DNA from: Camelus dromedarius | Taxonomy: Eukaryota | DNA length: 64,000 bases | Direction: 5' to 3' | NCBI RefSeq assembly: GCF_036321535.1 | Contig: NC_087437.1 | Span: 43,340,001 to 43,404,000, forward strand | Shown: piece by piece, positions 1-11,689 of the stretch | Layout: each line of letters opens with the position of its first letter | Numbering within the stretch: the stretch's first letter is position 1 | Translations under genes and position numbers: made by a program | The notes under the pieces: model-generated | Seen by the model: only the letters and a program-made list of their open reading frames with translations | What the model was told of the DNA's origin: nothing | Databases searched by the model: none

Positions 1-249
1 TTTAAACATTTGGGAAGCTTCACTTTAGTTTTAAAAATTAGCAAGAATTAATGTATTCTAAATTTATTAAAATAACGTCCAGGTGTTTGCATGCATAAAA
101 TTGAAATACCACCTTTCAGTTTAGAGTAATTAATAAAGGGGCTAAAATTAAACAATAATTGAAGATTTTTTGAGTGATATTGTTGATTTACATCGCTGTG
201 AAAGAAATACAGAGCATTGCTAAAAATAATGTGATTTTTAAAAGCTATT

Positions 250-1332
250 ATATGATGCCAGATCTGGAGCAAAGAAAAAAAACTAAGATAAGCCTGGGGC
301 ATCTTGGGTTGCCAGAAAATAAAAGGTGCTTTAACAAAAAAATGGGGCGTATCCAAAGACATAGAAGCTAAGCCGAAATAGCTACCAATGGCCAAAGTTA
401 GAAAACTTAACCAACACAATAAGTAGCATAAATAAATACATAAAATAAGTGAATAAATACTTTTTAAATTACACCCAAAACCTTAAATAAATATCTGTGA
501 ATCCATACTGACATAAATACGTAAATGGATAAATGTATTATATAAATGGGGTTGAAGTGACAACTTTTCCTAGAGAAGAATTCCAGTGAATAAATGTAGA
601 AAGAATGAGGGAAATAAGAAAATCACCATTATACCCCACAGTAGTAACTGCTTTAGTCAAGATCCATTGATGGATGCTAAAACTGGTGAGTAAAAGTTTA
701 AACAGAAACTGGATATTTGCGTAGTCTCAAAGAATCCCCCTAGCCAAACGTGAAATTCCAAAGGGAAAAATAATAGCATTGCAAGAGAGAATCCTGACAG
801 GTGCTGCATGGACCAAGTGATCAAGGTTCACATCAGCAATACATATTGATAAAATGTACCTCCATTCCGTGCACTGAGAAGGGCACATCTCCTCTCTGGT
901 ATCTTTCCTAATGACATAGGAAACTGAATCCAATCATGAGAAAATATTAGACTGACCCAAATCCTGAGACAGTCTATGAAATAACTGCCCATTACTCTTC
1001 AAAAGTGTCAGGGTCATAAAAGATAAGGAAAGGCTGAGGAATTGTCAGAGATTGGAGGAGACTCAAGAGATGTGACAACGAAATGCAATGCAGGGTTCTG
1101 GACTGGATCCTGAAACAGAAAAAAATATGTTAGTAAAACAAATTGGAAAAACTTGTAGTACGGCACCCAGGTTAATTTCTTAGTTTTGATAAATGGCCTG
1201 TGGTTATATAAGCTGTTAACATAAAGAGAACCTGGATATATATGGAATATATGGGATATATGGAAACTGCTATTTTTGCAACTCTTCTATTAAGTCTAAA
1301 ATTATCTCAGCATAAAAAAGTTTTTTTAAAAG
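250..1332 (+). mobile_element. Ancient L1 3' end (L1MC-like)
   Basis: Recognisable L1MC/ME 3' motifs (GACCAAGTGATCAAGGTTCACATC, CTCTTCAAAAGTGTCAGGGTCATAAAAGA, GACTGGATCCTGAAACAGAAAA, TTTTGCAACTCTTCTATTAAGTCTAAAATTAT) ending in an A-rich tail. Start approximate. Confidence 0.8.
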
Positions 1333-1384
1333 CTGTTATAATAAGACTGACATATACAATTGTAAGGTAACAACTAAAGCTTAT

Positions 1385-1592
1385 ACAGCACTGTTTTAAA
1401 TGACTTATATATATTAACTGGATAATGTTTACAATATTATCTTGTAACTGCTATTAGCATCACCATTTTAAAGATGGGAAAACTGAGGCAAAGAGAGGAT
1501 AATTTTTCCTGAGGTCATCCTTCTCGATAATGGTGGAACTGGGACTTCAAACCAAGATTTTATCTCAAGGATATGTACTCTTTAACCATTGT
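1385..1592 (-). mobile_element. MIR SINE
   Basis: Reverse MIR core CCATTTTAAAGATGGGAAAACTGAGGCAAAGAGAGG followed by GGGACTTCAAACCAAG. Confidence 0.8.
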
Positions 1593-2113
1593 CTAATGGT
1601 CTCCAAGATAAGTAACTTACCTGTGGGGAATACAGTTACCATACTGACGTTACCTTTGTTTTAAACACCTTGGGAATTTATTTCAGAGTTTGTAGCACCT
1701 TTTAAAAAAAAACCTGTATGCTAGCTAATGTTTGTCCTTTGAGGATGTCTTTGGTCTTTAAAAATTATATAGGGCCATATAAGCTAGGTATTTTAAATTA
1801 AAAATAAGTTGTGGTTATTTGATAATGACTCCAGCAGTCTTTTGTCTTATTATGGGTTTTATTTTTAAATTTTACAAAGACAGTTTTAATCACCTTGCTC
1901 TATTAAAATACATGACATGTATATATTGTTTCACAACTTGCTTTTTCACTGAACATTATATCATGAATGAATTAGTGATAAATACTTATCTGCGTCACTT
2001 TTAATATGAAAAACACTTCTATTAAGTAATTAGACTTCATATAATCAAGTATCTGGATTTGTATATTTGGTAGTTTTTTAGAAACAATACTGCTATGAAA
2101 ATCCTTGTACATG

Positions 2114-2345
2114 CAGTTGACTCTTGAGCAATGAGGGGGTTAGGGCACCAACCCTCTGTGTAGTCAAAAGTCCATGTATAACTTACAGTTAGCCCTCTGT
2201 ATATGGGGTTCCTCTGGACTCAAGGTTCTGTATCTGTGGATTCAACCAACATTGGATGGTATAGTGTTGTATTATTTACTATTGAAACAAATGCGTTTAT
2301 AAGTGTACCCTCGAGTTCAAACCCAAGTTGTTCAAGGGTCAACTA
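2114..2345 (-). mobile_element. Tigger2-derived MITE (Tigger2a_Art-like, TcMar)
   Basis: Terminal inverted repeats CAGTTGACTCTTGAGCAA ... TTGTTCAAGGGTCAACTA, TA at the right flank and TG at the left. The reverse complement reads like the Tigger2a start (GTTGACCCTTGAACAACTTGGGTTTGAACT). Sits between old L1ME-like fragments at about 1900-2110 and 2520-2600. Confidence 0.85.
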
Positions 2346-2384
2346 TACCTTCTTGTATCATTTTCCATTTATACATTTATGCAT

Positions 2385-2525
2385 TCATTTATCCTTTTCT
2401 TCATTCATTCTTTCGAATTTATGTATTTACTTTTACCTACTAGGTGCCAGACACTGTTCTAGGTGCTAGAAGTTTAGCAGACAACAAAGCAAGTTATCTC
2501 TTGCCATTAAAGAGCTCATATTCTT
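2385..2525 (-). mobile_element. L2 LINE 3' end fragment
   Basis: TTCATTCATT...ACCTACTAGGTGCCAGACACTGTTCTAGGTGCT is the reverse of the L2 3' terminus. Confidence 0.75.
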
Positions 2526-5500
2526 TAGGATAAATTCCTGGAAGTAGAATTGCTGAGTCAGTAGTTATATGGATGGTCACATATTTTGACCCTCTTGCCA
2601 CATTATTAGAAATGTTTCAGAGCGCCTTGGTAAACTGATTCTCCAATATTTTCTTTTTTATTGTTTAGATTGAATTTCTGTTAATTTGTCCTCAAATTTA
2701 CTGAATTTTCTGTTGTCTTCATTTAATGTTAACCCCATCTAGTAAAATTTTATTTCAGATACTGTATTTGTCATTTCTAAGGGTTCATTTTTTGATGGTT
2801 TATTTCTCAGCTGCATACCTTACTATTGCATTAATGCTGAGCACAGTTTCTTTACATCCTTCAGTATAGTTATAATGACTGTTTAAAATCCTTATCTATT
2901 CATTCTGACCCTGGTTCACTTTAGAATCAATCTTCATTAGTTGCCTCTTTAATGAATGTGGATCATGATTTTCTATTCTTTTCATGTCATTTGGATAGTA
3001 CATCGTGAATGATACATTGTAGAGAATCTAGGTTCTGTTATGTTCTTTCAAAGATATGCATATCTTTGCAGTTGTTGTCCAGTGTCTTCAGATAGTTTTG
3101 TGTGATTTATAGTTGGTGGATTTTATGGTTGTCATCTTTAGGACAGTTGTTCCAGTAGGAGCCACTTGGCCATGACCAGAAACATAATTCCATGTAAACT
3201 GATTCTTGAATGTATCTATAAAATATATTTTATACTTTATATATATATATATATAAAATACTTTGAGCATTAGAATATTATTTTGCAGTCAGACCATCAC
3301 TAGATATAAATTCTTAAGAATTTGTTTAAATGTCATTACTTTGTAACTATATCCTATAAGTAAATATACTTAAAGACATTTTCGTTCTCATGAAATTATA
3401 TCAACACCAAAAAATAGTAAATTTATATTGCCTTTATTAAGAATTCTCTGTTCTGTAACCTATAAGAATTCTCTGAGGGATATAGAAATATAAATAGATA
3501 TTTTAAAATAAGGCAGAAAAAATCAGATAGAAAGGATCAACTTCGATTTATGACTCTGTTTCCTAAAATCTAATTTCTATTTCTGGACATGCTAAACCCA
3601 CCTGCCCCAGTCTTCAAGTTTCACCCTTATGTGCTTTTTGTAATGAGGCACATTAGAATCTAGATGGCTTCAGATTTATAGCCTGCCCTACATCTGTTCA
3701 TAGTGATCTTCAAGTGAAAAAATAAATATAACACTTCCTGTACTATCTGCTAATATATTATTAACAGTGAATGATGGAAAGTACTGATTTAGGTTACTTA
3801 ACAAGGACCTACATACTTTGGAATGAGCTGAATTTTTTATATCCACACATACTCATAAAACAAAAGAGAAAACTAAAAGGAAGTCCTCTACAAATGCATA
3901 TGCATAAGACCATACACTCTATCTTTATCTGTACACTTATTTTTATCTCATATGAATTAAAATCAGATGAACACATATATAATCTACCAATACAGTAAGA
4001 TTCAGCTAAATTGTCACAATGTTCATGTATTCTGAGGATCTTCCCTGAGGAATACAGCAAATATTAGTATTTACTTTAGTTGTATAAATATCTCCGTGGT
4101 GTTTCAACTCAGGAAATTCCTTGGGGAAAAAGTAGCCTCTTGACTTGACAGTAAGTATAATATGTGTGGGACCAGAAACCGCTGAAACTAATAAAAATGC
4201 CCATCACCCCGCTGCATGCTTCTGCAATCATGACACATTATGATTCTCCTCATCCTACAAAGTAGACCAAACATAGAAGAGTTCAAGGAAAATGGATTTT
4301 TAAAAATATGACTCCCTTATCTGATTAGATTTCACAGTTTGTTAGACGTAAAATATCTTTACACTTCTTTGTCACCAGAGTCAGTCTTGAGATGTTAAGC
4401 TTCCAGCATGTAAATCAAAATTTGAATAGTCAAAATTCATCATTGCCATTAATATATTTTAAGGCGTAGCTTATTTATCTCCTTGGAGACAAGTGCATTT
4501 CTTTATAAACCGTAAACAATACTCTTTGAGAGAGTTTGTAGACACCATTCAGGAGTGGAAATACAAACCTTTCTTATTCTCAGGACTTAATTGTATTTAA
4601 GACAATTTAACTGGAGGGACTCTAGTTCTGTTTCTTGAATCACAGTGGTTCTGGAAAACTAGTTCTGAATTCAGATCTCATACCTTCTCTCAATGTTGTT
4701 TCCTTGACTTCTTTCACCAGTGAAGCTAAATACTTGATTATAAAGACAAAATCCAGTCAAAATATGGACTTCCATTTTTAGTGATCATGGTAAAAGATTT
4801 GGTAAACTTTGTCTAAAACATCAAACAAATGGTTTATATTTAGAGCTGGAAGAAATATTAAAAACTGTCATCCAATTCCCATTCTCCACTTTACTAAAGT
4901 TTTGAAAACTTTAAGTGACTTGCTGAAGGGCAACAGCTAATTAGAGGCAGAGTTCTGACAGAAAACCCAAGTCTCTCAACGCCTGTTCAGTGCTCTATCC
5001 AATATGTTATGTTGCTATTGAGAATAATTTTAATTCTAACTTTCCATGGTTAGTTTAAAAGCACAACCATTTTCTAAATATACTAGTGAACCATTTTTTT
5101 TTCTTTCTAAAAATAATCAGCTCACAAAGGGATCTTTCCAAGTTTTATCATTATTTTAATAACTTTTTCTTTAAATTACCAATCTGTATTTGTAAAAATT
5201 TCACTACAAAGATGCAAAACAACAGAAATGACATTAAAACAAAAACAAAAACACTTTGACCACTGCCATAATCACCAAAATATGAATTCTTTTCAAGGAA
5301 ATAATTTGACTTTTTAACTAGAACTTTCTAAGTGACTTTCACATGGTATTCTGACTGTATCCCATTCCTTAAAATAATTCCAATATTTAGCATCAGTAGG
5401 AAATGTTTATCGCAAGTGACAGTGGAATACATTGGTGTATATAATTCCCATATATGAAGCAGGGAATAAAATCTTTGTAATACCCTCTTTATTCTATTCC

Positions 5501-8500
5501 CAGGACTCTCAATTATAAGCATATCTGAATCTCCAGTCCAATAATTGATTTAGTAATAGATATCCTAAAGCAAAATAAGATACTCAAGTGCTTCTGAACT
5601 TCACAGATAAACTAAATAATGTCAAGCCTATTTTTGTGTTATGTTCCTTTCAATACAGGCTAATCTTTTAAATGCATAATAAATATATATTATTTTATGG
5701 CATCTTATTAATATATATAGTTAATTCCCCAGAACTTCTACCTAAAATAATAAATAGCAAATAGTTGATTTTGAAGTGTGGTTTTCTCTACATTATGTAC
5801 CTGCATGATTTTTTTTCAAGGTGTTGAAGAGGGCATTGCGATTTGGGGGATTATTTCCAACTCTGCAGTGTCCCAATTAAAACCAAGGCTCAGTTCCTCC
5901 TTTTTTTACCTTCTTTGTCATTTGTATGTGGACTATTGACAGCTCATCATCTACAAGACATGCACAAAGACAGGGTTATCATGATTTAGTTGTTAATTAA
6001 CTGCTTTCACTGGAAACTTTATGTTGTTAGGGTAGAATAGGACATGTCACACCAGCTATAGAAATATTTTGTTTGTATTCACTATTTCCATCTAGAATGA
6101 TTTTGAAACTAAAATTGAAGGCTTCTAATTTTATGCAGAATGACAGCTATGTATTTCCATAAATGTATGAGCATTTTGATATGAAACTGTGATTTCTCGT
6201 CTGAAGTCATAATTGTTCAGTGTGAAAGTAGGACATGGGGATGAGTAATAATAATAATTTGCCTTTTTGGGATCATGGCAATAATAAAGCATGATTTTCA
6301 GAGCTGAACACAAGCAAAAGGAGCTTTGCCTGCAGGCAGCACAAGATGGTTACTGGGAGGAGGAGGGCTGTGAATTGCTGGCAGGTGGATTGCCCATCTT
6401 TGCAGCCATCTTGCTTCTCTGCTCTTTCTTTCTGCGTAACTGTCGCCTCCAGCCAGCTACCTGCCACTGCTTTCCTGGAGACAGTGACAAAAAGAGCAAA
6501 ATAGAGATTAGTGTAGGAATCCCAAAGGGTTAATACTTTTTATCATAAAGCTTGGTGTGGCAATGACTAGTTAGTTGGGACATGTTGTTTTTTAAGCAAT
6601 CTATTTCCTTTTAGAAGAATCTATTTCTCTGGGTTGTTAAGAAGTAAAAAATTTTTTGTTGTTAAATGACGTTTTAAAATCCTGTCCAATTTATGTTAAA
6701 GAAGGTAGCTAGGATGGTTGAGACTAAAAGACAGTGATACATGAAAAGGAATCAAAGAATATAGCAAACATAAGATCTGGCAACAACCATGATAGTTGTT
6801 TGGCTGCCAGTAGCAGTAATAAGGACCAGTTGTACTGGTTGAGAAAGCTGTTTAATTCAGATGCATCCAACAAAATACACATCCTTCAAAACAGATACGG
6901 TGCATAAATTCATACTTTGAAAAGCATCATCACCAACTCCAGTCCTGAATGACTTGAGAAAACATTTAAATTCTTAGAGCTCACAGACATAGGAAAGAAT
7001 CTGTGGAACTGTGGAAATTAGTAGAGATTTTGTGTTCACTGTTTAATAAATAAAATGTTCACTCTTTTTGTGTATGTGCGTGTGCATCTGTGTGTATGTT
7101 TGTGATTCGGTAAAATTATATGAATTCATCTGGGCTCTGTATCATTTTCTGGTGACCCAGTTATCATTTTTCAGTTACCCCACTTAGCTATAAAGAGTAT
7201 AGAGTAGGAATCTGCAACCAGAAACTGTCCCCCTTTAATATTCTGTCTGTATTAACCTGGACTGTGAGAGGAAATTAAAAAGTGATGGTATTACCATTCA
7301 CGCAGGGAATTGTCTCTCATGTCTTCAGACCAAAATACTGGTTCCTGGGACCTATCCCCTCAGTTGTTTCTCAGAGAATGGTGAGAGGTTTGTTCAGAAC
7401 CACCCACACACACTTGTGTAGTTCCTTGGTGATCAACAGAATGGATTTGTGAAAAGGCTGCCTGCGCCTTTGGTACAGACATTCCCTTCAGTGCAAAATC
7501 TAACTGGCCTTTATGGATATTACGTTAGCTTCGTGCACAAAATGTTCAACTTGAACCCTTTTCCCTGACCCCAAACAAATGCTGTCTGGAGATACAAATG
7601 TGTGAAAGGTGGTCATTTATATAAATCTGGAGAAATACAAGGAGATAGCATTGGAGGAAAATTGTTATTGCACTCTGATCTTGAAGGAAAATTGATTTAT
7701 TATTATGAAATAACAAAGTACTCTTAAGGCTAAAACCTTTTCTGCCCTACTTCAACCTGACGAAAGGTTTACTTCCAAGTTATAAACCCATCCAGAGTGT
7801 GGCTTCTAATGGAAAATCTGAGAGCTCCTTCACACGTGGCACTAGGAGCCCCTGCGCTGGTAAAAGGCTTCATTAAAATATGGTCGGAATCTGAGTGCTA
7901 CGGCAATTTTCAGCTACAAATAGAAAAAGAATTGCTTGCACCTATAATGAGAGTTAAAGTAAATGATCTTGGGGAAGAAAAAAACTAGAAGGAAATGAAA
8001 TATTGAATCCTTCTTCATTGAGTGTTGATCTTGAAGGGAATAATATATGGTCTGGAGGAGGGAATAGTGGGATCAGCAGACATGGTCCCTCCTTTGTTTG
8101 TTCTTTTCTACTGAGGACCTGTTCTCCAACCAAAGCCTTTCTTCCTCCATGTCTAGTCCTATGAGACATAGGGTGGCACAAGACCACTTGTTCCACAAAG
8201 ATGTTGGAATGGCTGACAGGCAATGCCAGTAAAGCACTATTAACTCTCCGGACATAACAGTAATATTGAATACTGCTCATTCTTTGAACTATTGATTGGG
8301 TAGCAAATACATATGTTGATCTCTCATTCCCAGCTGGGAGCATTGTTGGCTAGTAACATTTCCCTAGATTCTCTTTAACTGGATGTGGTTTTTTTCTTGG
8401 ATTTTCAAGTTATCTGAAAAATCTGAAAATCATTTAAAATATTTATAGAGCAAAAGACTTTCAAATTCCTGCAGAGTATTGCATTTGGTCAAAGCACAAC

Positions 8501-9096
8501 CCTAAAATAAATTCCCTTTTTCATGTGCATTATGTCCTTTGCCCATACATACATTTTCCCCTGTATGCCTAATATGACCTTTATTTTTTTCCTCTAAAAT
8601 TCTCCAATCCAAAGTTTCCTAGCTGAAACATCCACAAACCTTGAACAGTAGGGATGATTTATTCCTGGCCAATGTCCAGAGCCATTTGCAAACCTCCCCA
8701 GCACAATCCCAAAATTTACCAGGACAGTGGGCATGAGTGGCCCCCATTGAGATGTCCTGGGGTCTCTTCTCAAATCTAACATATTCAAAGTTAGAAAAGT
8801 TGGTCCTTAAAACCCAGTGCTCAAATGAAATCTAATTATACTATCCCTAAATAAACCCTTCAGCTCTGCCCTAATCAAGTCACGATCATGCCCACAGTGC
8901 AGAAAAGACACAGTTGCTTCTAGCACACTGCCTCGCACCTAGCAGTGAGTAATAAATACTTGGATGAATATGCAGGAAAGTGCACTAAATGGCAAAATGC
9001 ATATTCTACAACCAAGGTCAGAGCAACTGCATTTTGGAAGCAGGCTTCATAGGGAAGTAGCAGACATCCGCACCGCTGTTCTACTTAATATACGTA

Positions 9097-9222
9097 AATG
9101 AAATAACACTTAAATGAAATGAAATAAATGAGCGAATAAATAAAATAAATGAAATGAATACATGAATGAAACAAATGAAATAAACAAAATGAATGAAATG
9201 AAAAAGCACATAAATGAAATGG
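9097..9222. repeat. Degenerate (AAATG/AATAA)n low-complexity repeat
   Basis: Many imperfect AAATG and AATAA units directly visible. Confidence 0.8.
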
Positions 9223-10003
9223 TTTTGTTTATCATGGAAACTTCATCTATTTTTACTTTATTAGTTCTTCTTTTAAGTATATTTTACATCAGAGGTTTTA
9301 ACACATGTTTAAATATGTTTTTGCAATTCTCTTATATTTGTGTATTTTCATTATTCCCTTTTTCTGTTTGAGCCTGTGAACAAAGACTACTTTGTAAGTT
9401 TCTATTTCATGTCCTCCAATAGTTCCTGCCATCTGTTCTCTGTTGACATTTTATGCAGCTTTTTATTTCAGACAGGATGCATTCTTTCTAAATGTGAGTT
9501 GGCAAGATCAAGGGTGAGGGGAAACAAAACATTATTAGGACTTTCCAATACATGTTTGGTATACATCATTTTCTTTTAACGTTCAGAATAGCACCGTTAG
9601 GTAACTATTAATAACCCCGGTTTACAGATGAGAAAACTGAGTATCAAAAAGTGTATAATTTCCCGCCAGCTAATGTGTCAGCACAGTATTCAGAACCAGG
9701 AAAAGACAAAACAAAACAAAAAAAGAAATGACAGTTAAGAAATGAGAAATAAGAGATTGTATCATAACATCTGTGGATTGAAACACTGGCTATAATTTCC
9801 AGTCGCTTTACATTTGTGGGGCTCCTACCAAGCTCTATATCCCAGTTATGGTTCAAGAACCATGGGGCAGGAAACAGTGAGGTAACAGAGGAAGGTGACT
9901 GCCGCAGGTGGAGGGGAAGAGGACGTGAGTGCCAGAGAGGGACTGCCAATCCTGCCAGTCAGATTTTCAGCCGACTCAGAAGATATAGTGTCCTTGACAG
10001 CCA

Positions 10004-10022
10004 TTGCAGTAGGTGGCGATAT
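10004..10022 (+). promoter_or_regulatory. Candidate CTCF site
   Basis: TTGCAGTAGGTGGCGATAT matches the CCASYAGRKGGCRS core at 12 of 14 positions with its CpG retained. Motif only. Confidence 0.4.
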
Positions 10023-10264
10023 TGTACTACCTTGGAAATTTGGTGACAAATTTTCTTTTTCTTTTTTCTTTCTGTCTTTCTTTCTTTCTTTTTTTTTTTT
10101 TAAATCTCTGAAGTTAATCTGTACTACACCTATGTATTTCCTGGCCTCTGCTTCTGGTATACCTGCTAGTTACAATAATTTTTGACTCAGCCTGAGATTT
10201 GGGTAGGAAATAAGTATCTCCCATCACAACTGTCTGAGATACCAGACCCCAAAGTCCAAGAGCC

Positions 10265-11300
10265 CTTTGGCTTTCCACCTAGATGTCTCCTAGCACCTCA
10301 AACCCAGCATGTCCTTAGTTTGCAACCTCAGGCTATTTTTCTCTCTTTTCTGACTTTTGTAATTAGAAATAACCCCTATTCACCCAGTCATCCTAGCCAG
10401 TTACCGGGGTGTAAGCCTTGTGGGCAATGACAGTGGTTAAGAGCATAGTTTTTGTAGTAAGTGGGTTCTGAGGGCAGTTGCCATGGTTTGGAATTGGGCT
10501 TTGATACTAACAATGTGACTTTGAAAGGTGAATTTCCCTCTTTAAATTGCAATTTTCCATCTTTAAAATGGATGTAACAATCATACCTTTCTCTTAGTAT
10601 TATTATGTAGGTCACATGATATAATTCAAGTGGAGTGCTTAACATAGTGGCAGCCATATATTGAGACCCAGCAAAGATTATTTATGGTGATGACCTTGAT
10701 GATTAATGATTATCCTTGAATTTCTCTTCAATCATCCTCACAAAATGTTAACAAATCCTGCACATTCTGAGTACTTTCAAATCTTCACCTTCTGTCTGTC
10801 ACTTTGCGTTAGACCCTGATCTTTTTTGTATAATCATTGTGTGGATTCCTAACCTGTTTCTTTACTTCTTGCTTAACCCACCTCCACTTGTCCTTTATGC
10901 TGCCCCAGAAGCATAATACAATTTTGTTTTCCTCTGCTTAAAATTCTGTAGTAGCTTGTCTATTGTTTATAAATCCCAAGCTCCTTTTCATGTCATAGAA
11001 AGTCTTGCATGATATGAACCCTGAATACTTGTCTAACAGCATCCTTGGCCTCCTGCCACTTACACCCTTTATCCTTGTTCATGCAGGATGTGAATGAGGA
11101 GCCGAAGTCATTTCACCTCTTCATGCCTTTACTTGTGCTCTTACTTCTGCCTGTAATGTCCTATCAATTTATTCTACTTTTAAGCTCCTGTTCACTATTT
11201 AAAATCCCATGAAGCACCTCCAACTTCTCTTTCCTACCATTCCCAAATTGGTTTGCTTTCTTTTATAAAGTGCTGGATTTGGTATAGACTTCCATCATGA
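10265..11300 (+). mobile_element. L2 fragment interrupted by a MIR (about 10430-10685)
   Basis: L2 motifs TTCCACCTAGATGTCTCCTAGCACCTCAAAC and CCTCTGCTTAAAATTCTGTAGTAGCTT flank a MIR (GTGGTTAAGAGCA...TTTCCATCTTTAAAATGG...GTGCTTAACATAGTG). Confidence 0.7.
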
Positions 11301-11689
11301 CATTATCACAGAGTATTGCAATAATAGTAATGCAACAATATGATAATGATGGCTATCATTGTGTAGCTAGTCTGGTCCTACTGGATGCCCAAGTCTCGCC
11401 CACCAACAGGAACCTGAGTAGGAGCCTTGGGGAGCCAAGGGAGCCTGGTGGCTTACCAAGAGGTAAAAGGAAGACATACAAACTAGGAGCCAGGCATAAT
11501 TTATCTCCAGAGACTCAAGTTTATAGGAATGGAATAGTCCTTGGTAGTTGGCAAGTTTTCTGACCACTTGGGGTGGGGGAAGGAGTCTCCAAGTCATTCA
11601 TTATCCTGGAAGATTATATAAATTGACTCTCATTCTTCTTTGATATTCATTAAAGATACACTCTAATAGAGACTTCAGAGTCATATAGG

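Noticed and set aside
9097..9222. Satellite-like or CRISPR-like array
   Set aside because: Short irregular AAATG low-complexity sequence with no repeat-spacer structure.
9846..10049. Minus-strand Ser/Pro-rich 67-aa ORF resembling a terminal exon
   Set aside because: The upstream tract is purine-rich on that strand, so the acceptor is poor; no partner exons or recognisable protein.
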